Shown here piece after piece: positions 15,148 through 23,168 of a stretch of DNA of 32,000 nt; the first letter of the stretch is position 1; each line of letters starts with the position of its first letter. The position numbers and the translations under genes are program-made. A model generated the notes under the pieces. It made no database searches, was not told the origin of the DNA, and was given only the letters and a program-made list of their open reading frames with translations. The stretch lies in the NCBI RefSeq assembly GCF_000025685.1, contig NC_013967.1, positions 2,700,001 through 2,732,000 on the forward strand, given 5' to 3'. Source of the stretch: Haloferax volcanii DS2. Lineage in GTDB: Archaea; Halobacteriota; Halobacteria; Halobacteriales; Haloferacaceae.

Positions 15148-16146
15148 ATGACAGCGACGTTGTTCCTCACGAGCGACGAGATTAGCGGACTGGCGACGCC
15201 GGCCGAGTACGTCGCGGCCGTCCGCGAGGGTTACAGACAGCGCGGCGAGGGCGCGCCGGCCGAGCCGCGGACCAAGCTGTTCAACCGCGAGCCGCCGGGC
15301 ATGCTCACCACCTACGCGGCCGTGTTGCCCGAGACGGGCGCGATGGGCGGTTACATGTACTCCGCCGGCTTCGGCGCGGAGGACGCGTGGTTCATGACGC
15401 CGCTTTTCGACGCCCAGAGCGGCGAGCCGCTGGCGCTCCTCGACGGCGCGAGCATGAACCCCTTCAAGACCGGCGCGGCCGGCGGCGTCGCCGTCAACGC
15501 GCTCGCCCGCGACGACGCCTCGACGCTCGCGCTCATCGGGAGCGGCGCGCAGGCCCGCGGTCAGCTTCGGACCGCCGCGGCCGTCCGCGACCTCGACAGC
15601 GTCTGGGTCTACTCGCCCACCAAGGAGAGCCGCGAGTCGTTCGCGGGCGAGATGGACCGCACGCTCGACGCCAGCGTCGCGGCCGTCGCCTCCAGCGCCG
15701 CGGCCGTCGAGGGCGCGGACATCGTCGTCACGGCCACGACCGCCACGGACCCGGTGTTCGACGGCGACCTGCTCGACCCCGGCACGCACGTCACCGCGAT
15801 GGGCCAGTACCACCCCGAAAAGCGCGAACTCGACGAGACGACCATCGAGCGCGCGACGTACGTCCCCGACCTCCGCGAGCGCGCGACGATGGACGCCGGG
15901 TCGTTCCTCGCCGCCGTCGAGGCCGGCGTCGTCGACGAAGACCACATTCACGCCGAACTCGGTGAGGTCGTCGCGGGCGTCGCCGCCGGGCGCGAGGACA
16001 GAGAAGAGATAACCGTCTTCGACAGCGGCGGCACGGGCATCGAGACGGTCGCCGCGGCCCACATGCTCTACGAGAAGGCGCACGAGGAGGGACTCGGGAC
16101 GACCATCGACTTCTCGCCGGCGAGCGAGTCGCTCACCGGGCAGTAA
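15148..16146 (+). CDS. Ornithine cyclodeaminase / mu-crystallin family protein (possibly archaeal-type alanine dehydrogenase)
   Basis: Rossmann motif LALIGSGAQARGQL and an OCD-family N-terminus (LFLTSDEISGL). The ATG at 15148 has GTTTTGA 23 nt upstream. The track start at 15121 is a TTG. Confidence 0.85.
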   Translation: MTATLFLTSDEISGLATPAEYVAAVREGYRQRGEGAPAEPRTKLFNREPPGMLTTYAAVLPETGAMGGYMYSAGFGAEDAWFMTPLFDAQSGEPLALLDGASMNPFKTGAAGGVAVNALARDDASTLALIGSGAQARGQLRTAAAVRDLDSVWVYSPTKESRESFAGEMDRTLDASVAAVASSAAAVEGADIVVTATTATDPVFDGDLLDPGTHVTAMGQYHPEKRELDETTIERATYVPDLRERATMDAGSFLAAVEAGVVDEDHIHAELGEVVAGVAAGREDREEITVFDSGGTGIETVAAAHMLYEKAHEEGLGTTIDFSPASESLTGQ

Positions 16147-16406
16147 GCGTCCGCGGGCCGGTCACATCTCAGGCGTGCGACCCGCTCGGTCCCGGCGAGG
16201 ACGACCGAGACGAACGCCAGCGCGCCGACGGCGCTCGCCGCGAGGGCGGTGAGGCCGGACAGCGACACCGCGGCTCTGGGCGTCGCGAAAAGCAGAAACC
16301 AGAGGGTCGGAATCGCCAGTACCGACACCTCCCACGCGGCGAAAAACACCCGGTCGAGCCAGCTGTCGACCCGCTTCGTCGCCTCCGAGAGCCCGCTCCG
16401 AATCAC
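16068..16406 (-). CDS. Small membrane protein, unknown function (GTG start)
   Basis: The first ~80 residues have two clear hydrophobic helices. GTTTAG lies 23 nt upstream of the GTG at 16406. The 3' 79 nt overlap the convergent OCD-family gene, so the true C-terminus is uncertain. Confidence 0.5.
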   Translation of the reverse strand: MIRSGLSEATKRVDSWLDRVFFAAWEVSVLAIPTLWFLLFATPRAAVSLSGLTALAASAVGALAFVSVVLAGTERVARLRCDRPADAYCPVSDSLAGEKSMVVPSPSSCAFS

Positions 16407-16453
16407 GACTAGACGTGGGTTTCGGACGGCTAAACGGTTTCTCCGGCGTGCGG

Positions 16454-17524
16454 CTACTGCAATCGGTACCGGAGGACCGCCGCGATGCCCCCGAGGTTCT
16501 TCAACTGCTCGCCGGGCTGGAACTCCGCGGAGAACACGGTGACCTCGCCGCCCTTCTGTTCGACCGAGTCGATGATGTCGTTGACGTCCACGTCCCAGTC
16601 GCCGTCGCCCTGTCGCTCCGCGCGGAGCCGCGAGTCCAGAAGCAGCAGGTGTTCGACCGCGCCGAACTCCGCGGCCTCCGCGACCTGTTCGACGCCGTAG
16701 GCCGCCTTCGCGCCCGTCGAGATGTTCTCCATCAGTTCGTCGATGAGGTTGGCCTCCTCGGCGATGCGGGTCTGTTTCTGCACGTCGTCGACCGCGCCGC
16801 GCTTGAGGACCTCGTGGACGCCGCGGTCGCCGACGCCGGCGGTGTCGACGGTCGTGACGATGGTCTCCGCGACCGCGGGGAAGTTGTCCTCGAAGTAGTC
16901 CATCGCGTCGTTCTTCGTGAAGCCCGGCCCGGCGAGGATGATGGCGTCCACCTCGAGGTGCGACAGCGCGGACCCGAGTTCGTCGAACAGTTCGGACCGC
17001 GGGCGGGCGTACTCGCCTTTCCCCGTCGGCTTCGTGATCGAGGCGTACTCCTCGGTGCCGTACTGGGCGACGGTGTGGATGTAGGCCGCGCCCTCCTCGA
17101 CGGTGGCGATGGCCACGTCGGGGTTTTCCGCGGCCTGTTCGGCCGTCTCGATGCGGTCTATCTGGTCGGCCTTGAACTGTTTCTCGATGGTTATCTCGGC
17201 GCGCTCCTCGACGTTGAGGGTGTGGTGGTGGCCGAGTTGGTCCTCGCGGGAACAGGAGACGATGACGCCGCCGACGCGCAGGCGGTTGGCGAAGCGGGCG
17301 AACTCCACGTCGTCGACCTCGATGGTGACGTTGAGGTGCTCGCGCTCGCCGCCGGTGTCCCGCATCTGCTCGTCGTCGCGCTGGATGCGCCGGGTGGTGT
17401 CGCCGGAGACGAGGTCACCCGGTTCGAGGACGTACGAGAGGTGCCAGAGGTCGTCGACGTTCTCGGGGACGAGCGTGATTCGCTCGCGCCCCTCCTCGCC
17501 GCGACCGCGGCTCGAAATGCGCAT
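16454..17524 (-). CDS. pelA: Pelota (Dom34-type) mRNA surveillance / ribosome rescue factor
   Basis: 356 aa: [24 protein letters not shown] plus central and C-terminal eRF1-like domains ([11 protein letters not shown] ... GGIAAVLRY). A clear pelota homolog. Confidence 0.93.
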   Translation of the reverse strand: MRISSRGRGEEGRERITLVPENVDDLWHLSYVLEPGDLVSGDTTRRIQRDDEQMRDTGGEREHLNVTIEVDDVEFARFANRLRVGGVIVSCSREDQLGHHHTLNVEERAEITIEKQFKADQIDRIETAEQAAENPDVAIATVEEGAAYIHTVAQYGTEEYASITKPTGKGEYARPRSELFDELGSALSHLEVDAIILAGPGFTKNDAMDYFEDNFPAVAETIVTTVDTAGVGDRGVHEVLKRGAVDDVQKQTRIAEEANLIDELMENISTGAKAAYGVEQVAEAAEFGAVEHLLLLDSRLRAERQGDGDWDVDVNDIIDSVEQKGGEVTVFSAEFQPGEQLKNLGGIAAVLRYRLQ

Positions 17525-17558
17525 ATTGTTACAACTATCGAGTCCGTTACAAGGGTTG

Positions 17559-18326
17559 TTATTCGGTGCCGGTTTCCGAGAACATCGATTCCATATCTCT
17601 CGGTTCAGAGTTAGATTGGCTCCCAGCTATTGCCTGTCGATACCCCGAAGCAAAGAGTCGATACTCTACCACGCGGGTGTAGAAGAGAATAGTGACGCCA
17701 ATGATGAGTAGTGACAGCGGAACACCGAATATTTGGCCTATGACGACAACAAAAACGGCTAATAGCCAACCAACCGCGAAGTTGCCGTTCAACCCCACTT
17801 CTGAGAGTTGAGAAAACCGAAATGCCGCGCTAATCGTGCCATCGTCCGCAAAACTACACAACCCGAGCGGGATCAAGTACAAGCTGAGTAAGGAATACCC
17901 GACAAAAAAGAGTAGACCAATAATCGAGAATATCCCGAAACTAGCTTGGGCAAGCTCAGACTGGGATATTGAACTTAGAAATCCGGAAAAGAATAATATC
18001 GCAAGGATAGCAAAAAGCGGAATTGCGTAAATAAATTTGATAAGCCACGCCTTGATTCCATCTGCCAGTAATTCACCCCACTGCGTGAAACTTGGAGGCG
18101 CATTATCTCCATCAATTGTTCTTTTTAAAACACGAACTTGGTAGCCCTGAACAATTGCTAATGGAACCAGCGCAAGAGGGAGCATGAAGATGCCAATAAG
18201 TACAGCCAAAAGAATTCCCGAAAGGAACCAGACTGCGGCTGAAGCGAGTAGCAGGACAGAACCGATTATAATCGTTCCCACAGAGTCCTCATGCTTTAAT
18301 GGATAACCGAGCGCATCAGCGAGCAT
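17559..18326 (-). CDS. DUF4013-family membrane protein, low-GC paralog
   Basis: 255 aa. It shares with the neighbouring paralog the N-terminal pattern xLxYP...E..., a GYxxRVxxxT...G...PPxF..WG...DGxK block and 5-6 TM segments. Hand-counted GC is 38-47% on three 60-nt lines, against 67% in the adjacent paralog. Confidence 0.8.
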   Translation of the reverse strand: MLADALGYPLKHEDSVGTIIIGSVLLLASAAVWFLSGILLAVLIGIFMLPLALVPLAIVQGYQVRVLKRTIDGDNAPPSFTQWGELLADGIKAWLIKFIYAIPLFAILAILFFSGFLSSISQSELAQASFGIFSIIGLLFFVGYSLLSLYLIPLGLCSFADDGTISAAFRFSQLSEVGLNGNFAVGWLLAVFVVVIGQIFGVPLSLLIIGVTILFYTRVVEYRLFASGYRQAIAGSQSNSEPRDMESMFSETGTE

Positions 18327-18372
18327 AGTGTATTGAGACTGATTGTTCTATGAACAGATAAATATTCACTTT

Positions 18373-18378
18373 AAAAAA
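18373..18378 (-). terminator. T6 run after the upstream DUF4013 gene
   Basis: On the minus strand, TTTTTT lies about 25 nt downstream of the stop at 18404. Oligo-T termination is established for archaea. Confidence 0.4.
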
Positions 18379-18403
18379 GTCGGAACGAGGTAGATATCTG
18401 CTC

Positions 18404-19126
18404 TCAAATGGCCGGCTGCTCACCGGATATCTCGCCCTCGTCCATCATCTCGACCTCGTGGAGTTTGCCCCACGTCTGGCCGATGATGTAGTAGGCGGCG
18501 ACGGCCGCGTAGAACCCGACGAACGGGCCGAGGACGAAGCTGAGCAGTTGCCCCAACAGCGGAATGACGTTGAGCAGGCTGAGGACGACCGACACGGCGA
18601 ACAGCACCACGAAGGCAGTGAGCCACGCGGTGACGTACTTGCCCGAGGTGAGCACGGGTCTGAGCGCGCCGACGTCGAAGGCGGACCCGAGTCGGTCGGT
18701 CTCAGCGTAGTTGGCCAGTGCCGCCGGGACGATGTAGGCGGCGAGCAGGCCGAGCACCAGCGAGACGAGGAGCCCGACGAGAGTCATGATGCCGCCGAAG
18801 ATGCCCGCAGTGTCGGAGCCACCGCCGGCAAAGATGCCAATGATGGCCGACCCGACGAACACGCTCATGATGATGAGCGGGAGGACACCGTAGACGAACG
18901 CGATGGCGAAGCCTTTCACGCCGTCGACGGCCATGTCACCCCAGTCGTCGAACACCGGCGGTTGCTCGTCGCCCTTCATCGTCGCGCGGACGACGCGGAG
19001 CAGATAGCCAATGACGAGGAACGTCGGTACGATGAGGAACCCAAGGAAACTGAGCACCCCACCGATGAGGACTGTCTTGAGCCAATTCTCGTCGTTGCGA
19101 GGATACGAAAGTGATTCTGAAATCAT
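18404..19126 (-). CDS. DUF4013-family membrane protein, native-GC paralog
   Basis: 240 aa: MISESLSYPRNDENWLKTVLIGGVL...IGYLLRVVRATMKGDEQPPVFDDWGDMAVDGVKG... GC3-rich codon usage like the core genes. Confidence 0.85.
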   Translation of the reverse strand: MISESLSYPRNDENWLKTVLIGGVLSFLGFLIVPTFLVIGYLLRVVRATMKGDEQPPVFDDWGDMAVDGVKGFAIAFVYGVLPLIIMSVFVGSAIIGIFAGGGSDTAGIFGGIMTLVGLLVSLVLGLLAAYIVPAALANYAETDRLGSAFDVGALRPVLTSGKYVTAWLTAFVVLFAVSVVLSLLNVIPLLGQLLSFVLGPFVGFYAAVAAYYIIGQTWGKLHEVEMMDEGEISGEQPAI

Positions 19127-19309
19127 GAGGTTTCACCGAGCGCCACCACCCACCCATCCACCGGCCGTTCGGCCGAATGTGAGATTCGCGGGTTGACACG
19201 CGCGCTCGATGCAACATTACGACGGGAAAGTATATAATCTTGTACCCGAAGCATCCGAATAATTGAATATTAAGCCGTCTAACGCCCGATTACCCGAAGG
19301 CGGCGACGT

Positions 19310-21418
19310 TCACTCGTCGACGATATCGCTCCCGCCCGGCGGGAGGAACTCCTGAATCTGGTCGGGTGACGCGATTTTTCTGACGAACGACTTGTCTGCG
19401 AAGCGCTCGCGGAGCCGACGATAACACAGTTTCGCGGCGTCGTTCTGGGCGTACTGCCCCGGGGTGAGCGTCAGCGTCGTCTCCGCGCGCGTCTCGATTG
19501 TCGACGGCGGGCCGCCGATGACCCGCGTTTCGTCTTCGCACTGGATGCCGACCGCGACCTTCGCGGGTACGTCCTCGAAGTACTCGCGGTCGCCGCGGAC
19601 GACGAAGCTCCCCTTTTCGATGTACTCGCCGGACTCGGGCGTCTTCGACACCTGCGACGGCTCGACCATGTAGGCGTCGTCGGCGAAGCGGCCCTCCTTC
19701 CAGATGGAGGAGTACGAGACGGCGAACTGCGCGGCCTCGCGGAGCGTCTCCTCGGAGAAGTCGACCGCTTGGGCGGGCTCGCTCGGCCCCGTCGCCTTCA
19801 GGAGCGTGACCGGTCCCCCGTGGGCCTGCGTGTGGAAGAAGCGGTCGTGCTTGCTCATGTACTTCTTCACTAACTCCTCGTTTTGGTCGGCGTTGCGGCC
19901 GCCGACGACGAGGTAGCCCGTGGAGGTGTGGAACCAACGGAACCGCTCGAACCAGTGTTCCGTGGACTTGACGGGCACCGAGTCGAGCGCGAGCCAGTCG
20001 GTCTCCTCGGGTTCTTCGTCCTCGTCGTCTTCGTCCTCGTCGCCGTCGTCGGCCTCCCACTCGTCGCGGCGCTTCTTTACGGCCGCGAGCTCCTCGCGAG
20101 TGTCCTCGATGGCGGCCAGCGCGCCCTCCTTTTTCTCCTCGATGCGCTTGGCCTCGGTGTAGAGGCGGTCTGCGTTCTTCTCGACGCCCATCGACACGTC
20201 GAGGGTGACGGTCGCGTCGTCGAGGTCGACGGTGACCGTGCCGTTCGCGCCGTCGACGTTCGTGACGGCCTCGGCCTCGGGGATGCCCTGTTCGGCACCC
20301 TCTTCCAGCGTCGCGGCGATGTCGTCCCACGGGACGCCCTCCTCGCGCGCGCCGCGGACGGTCGACAGCACGTCGTCGACGAGGTCGTAGTTGGCGTACA
20401 GCAGTTCGGCGCGCTCGCGCTCGTCTTGGGCCTGCTGTTCGAAGCCCTCGATTGCGCCCTCCTGCTGGTCGATGATGCGCTGCTGTTTGGCGATTTGCTC
20501 CTCGAAGTCCGGGCGGTCGGAGGTCGCCTCCTGCTCGTCGGCGGTCAAATCGAGCCGGAAGAAGTACTCGTCGAGCGCGTCGTTGAACGTGTCGTAGGCC
20601 TCCTCGTCGAGCCCGGCGTTCTGGTGTTCGCGCAGCGGGAAGGGCGTCACGTCCACGACTTCGCCGTCGTCGTCGAGGTAGAGCCGCGGGTCGAACTCCC
20701 CGGCGCGCACCTGCTCGCGGAGGTCGACGATGGCGTCGTAGATGTCGTCGTAGTCGTCGTCGGTGGCGTCGGCGATATCGAGGGTCTTCTCCACGCCGGC
20801 GCGGGTACACAGCTCCTCGGCGTAGAGGCCGCCGAGGTTCAACTGGGTGGCGAGCGTCCGCACCACGTCGGTGTCGGACTGCTCCATGTTCCGGCCGAGG
20901 GCGTCGCGGCTGACGGTGAGGGGGTCGAGCCGCGAAGCGGGGTACTCGTACTGCGACCCCGGCGCGACCGTCCGCGACTTGAGTCGCACCGTCTCCAGAC
21001 TGCGGACGACTTCGCCCGTCTCGTCGAGCACCGCGATGTTGCCCTGTCCGAACAGCTCGACGACGATTTTCGTGTTCTCGTCGCCCCGCTCGAACGTGAA
21101 CGTGAGGATGCGGTCGAACTCGTACTGCTCGACGCCCGCGAAGTCGGCCCCGCTGAGCCGGTTTCTGAGCATCATCGCGAAGTTCGGCGGCCGACCGGGG
21201 GCGTCCGGTACGTGCTCCTGTGCGGCGAGGTGCGCGCGCTTTATCTCGCCCACTTCGAGGAGGAGTTCGAGCCGTCCGCGGTCGAAGTCCCGCATCTTGA
21301 GGCGAAGCAGGTCGTCGCCGTAGAGGTACGCCTTGTCGACCTTCGCGCCCTCGTACCGGTTCAACTCGGTGACGAGGGCCGCGAGGTCGACGCTCGTGAG
21401 TTCCCGCTTCGGATCCAT
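19310..21418 (-). CDS. NFACT-family (Rqc2/RqcH/FbpA-like) ribosome quality control protein
   Basis: 702 aa from the ATG at 21418 (MDPKRELTSVDLAALVTELN...). It has an NFACT-N domain, a coiled-coil middle, an acidic linker (DDGDEDEDDEDEEPEE) and a DUF814/NFACT-R region (YLVVGGRNADQNEELVKKY...FFHTQAHGGPV). CTTTTCG lies about 22 nt upstream. The track's 1043-aa version adds a spurious N-terminus antisense to the next gene. Confidence 0.9.
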   Translation of the reverse strand: MDPKRELTSVDLAALVTELNRYEGAKVDKAYLYGDDLLRLKMRDFDRGRLELLLEVGEIKRAHLAAQEHVPDAPGRPPNFAMMLRNRLSGADFAGVEQYEFDRILTFTFERGDENTKIVVELFGQGNIAVLDETGEVVRSLETVRLKSRTVAPGSQYEYPASRLDPLTVSRDALGRNMEQSDTDVVRTLATQLNLGGLYAEELCTRAGVEKTLDIADATDDDYDDIYDAIVDLREQVRAGEFDPRLYLDDDGEVVDVTPFPLREHQNAGLDEEAYDTFNDALDEYFFRLDLTADEQEATSDRPDFEEQIAKQQRIIDQQEGAIEGFEQQAQDERERAELLYANYDLVDDVLSTVRGAREEGVPWDDIAATLEEGAEQGIPEAEAVTNVDGANGTVTVDLDDATVTLDVSMGVEKNADRLYTEAKRIEEKKEGALAAIEDTREELAAVKKRRDEWEADDGDEDEDDEDEEPEETDWLALDSVPVKSTEHWFERFRWFHTSTGYLVVGGRNADQNEELVKKYMSKHDRFFHTQAHGGPVTLLKATGPSEPAQAVDFSEETLREAAQFAVSYSSIWKEGRFADDAYMVEPSQVSKTPESGEYIEKGSFVVRGDREYFEDVPAKVAVGIQCEDETRVIGGPPSTIETRAETTLTLTPGQYAQNDAAKLCYRRLRERFADKSFVRKIASPDQIQEFLPPGGSDIVDE

Positions 21419-21473
21419 GGACTCGCTTTTTGGCGGCGAACGAAAAGGGGTGTCGTTTCCGCGGATGCGACGC

Positions 21474-21490
21474 CTCCCCGACTCGGGGAG
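21474..21490. promoter_or_regulatory. 17-bp palindrome in the divergent NFACT / membrane-protein intergenic region
   Basis: CTCCCCG-act-CGGGGAG read directly. It lies between the two TATA-like elements (about 21441-21447 for NFACT, about 21494-21503 for the + gene). Confidence 0.35.
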
Positions 21491-21526
21491 AAGATACTTA
21501 TCAATAACCCTGAATATTGTCGGTGA

Positions 21527-22879
21527 ATGCGCTCTCGCACCCTCGCGCTCGTCACCCTCGCCCTCCTCGTCGCGCTGGCCGGACTCCCCGTCGGAAACGC
21601 CCCGGCCGAAGCGCGACCCCCGCCAGAGGCCGTCTGCGGCGTCTGCGGCGAGGCGTTCGAAGAAGCGGGCGACGCCGCCGGCGTCCCGCTCACGGTCGAA
21701 TCGAGCACGCTCCGAGTCCGCGTCAACGACGACCGGAGCGGGACGTGGACCGCCCGCGTCGAACTCGACGGCGGGTCGGCCGCGACGTTCCGCGAGAACC
21801 CCGAACAACTCGACCGCGTCGTCCGCGGGACGTTCGACGACTACCGCGTGTTCACCGACGACCGCAGACGCCTCGAAACCCGGATGGACGGCGACACCGC
21901 GGTCGTGACCTTCGAGGTGCCCGAGATGGCGTCCCGCGGCTACGGCGACGTGCTGGTCGTGGACTACTTCCACGACGACGGGGTCAGGGGCACCGTCTAC
22001 GTCGACGCCGACCGGTTCACTGTGACCGGTCCCGAGGGGTCGTCGCTCCTCACCGCGCCCGCCGAGACGCGGACCAACGGGACGGCCGCCGTCTGGAGCG
22101 CCGCCGACGAGGGCGCGTCGAGCATCGGGAGCCAGACGTACCTCACGTTCGGCCCCGACGCGGGGCTTGCCACCACGGCCGCGGCCTACGCCAGCCTCGC
22201 CGCCGACTCCGGCCCCGGCGTCCTCACGAACCTCGCGTGGGTCGCGGTCGTCCCGACGCTCGTGCTCATCGTCGGCGTGCTCCTCGTCCGGCAGTTCGAC
22301 CGCCGGTTCGACGACGAGCGCGGCGCGCGGCGCTTCGGACCCCCCGTCGCGGCACTCGGCGTCATGTGGGGGCTCTGTCTCCTCGTCGTCCAAGCCTTCT
22401 CCGGGAGCGCCGCCGCGGTGGCGTGGCTCCTCGCCCTCCAACTGGTCGCGCTCGGCGTCGTCTCGGCGGCCCGCCCCGAGGCGCTCGGGTTCCGCCGCCT
22501 CGTCGCCGCCGCCGTCGGCCCGCAGGTCGCGCTCGCGGTCGCCACCGCGATTTCGATGCCGGGGGCGAACCCGTGGGTCTCGTTCAGCGCGTTCGCGTTG
22601 GCAACCGCCATCGTGTTGTTTCTGCCCCTCGGCTACGCGGCCCGGCGCGGCGGGAGCACGCGTTTACTGTCGCTCGCCATCGTCGCCGCACCCACGGCGT
22701 TCGCGCTTCCGATGGTCCCCGTCGGCGGCTACGGCGTCCTGTTCGTCGGCCTGCTGCTCGTCGTCTGGGTGCTGGTGACGCTCGCAACCGGGTCGCTCGT
22801 CTACCGACTCGGCTGGGCGCTCGGCGGACGGACCGGCGACCGTCGGCCGTCCGGTGGGACCACCGACGCGGCGACGTGA
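21527..22879 (+). CDS. Membrane protein: signal peptide, ~230-aa extracytoplasmic domain, polytopic C-terminal half; unknown function
   Basis: 450 aa: MRSRTLALVTLALLVALAGLPVG (signal-like), CGVCGE shortly after, an acidic soluble domain, then about six hydrophobic segments. ACTTATCAAT lies about 27 nt upstream. Confidence 0.75.
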   Translation: MRSRTLALVTLALLVALAGLPVGNAPAEARPPPEAVCGVCGEAFEEAGDAAGVPLTVESSTLRVRVNDDRSGTWTARVELDGGSAATFRENPEQLDRVVRGTFDDYRVFTDDRRRLETRMDGDTAVVTFEVPEMASRGYGDVLVVDYFHDDGVRGTVYVDADRFTVTGPEGSSLLTAPAETRTNGTAAVWSAADEGASSIGSQTYLTFGPDAGLATTAAAYASLAADSGPGVLTNLAWVAVVPTLVLIVGVLLVRQFDRRFDDERGARRFGPPVAALGVMWGLCLLVVQAFSGSAAAVAWLLALQLVALGVVSAARPEALGFRRLVAAAVGPQVALAVATAISMPGANPWVSFSAFALATAIVLFLPLGYAARRGGSTRLLSLAIVAAPTAFALPMVPVGGYGVLFVGLLLVVWVLVTLATGSLVYRLGWALGGRTGDRRPSGGTTDAAT

Positions 22880-23168
22880 GAGGCGGTGGTGTCACGGTCC
22901 GACGGGGTCGCGTACTGGGTGCTCCCCCCAGCGAATCGCCGGGCGAAGCAGCAAATTTTGTGCATAGCTACGAAGCGTAGTCGTATCCGATACCGACGGT
23001 GGGGGTTTCGATGCGAACCGGGCCGACGCGGAATCCCCCGTCTATCGGCGGTCTCGCCCCTGAAACGTCAGTGTACGGGCAGTAACGCGACGGTCGGTGA
23101 CCGTTGTAGATAGGCGCAGGAGCGATGGGGAGAACTGCGTTTTTGAAAAGGGAAGCCGTTGCTGGGGT

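Noticed and set aside
21419-22441. N-terminal 341-aa extension of the NFACT ORF (track 19310..22441)
   Set aside because: The extension is Arg/Gly-rich and antisense to the well-formed membrane-protein gene at 21527-22879. The NFACT homology begins at MDPKRELTS (ATG 21418), which has a TATA-like box at the right distance.
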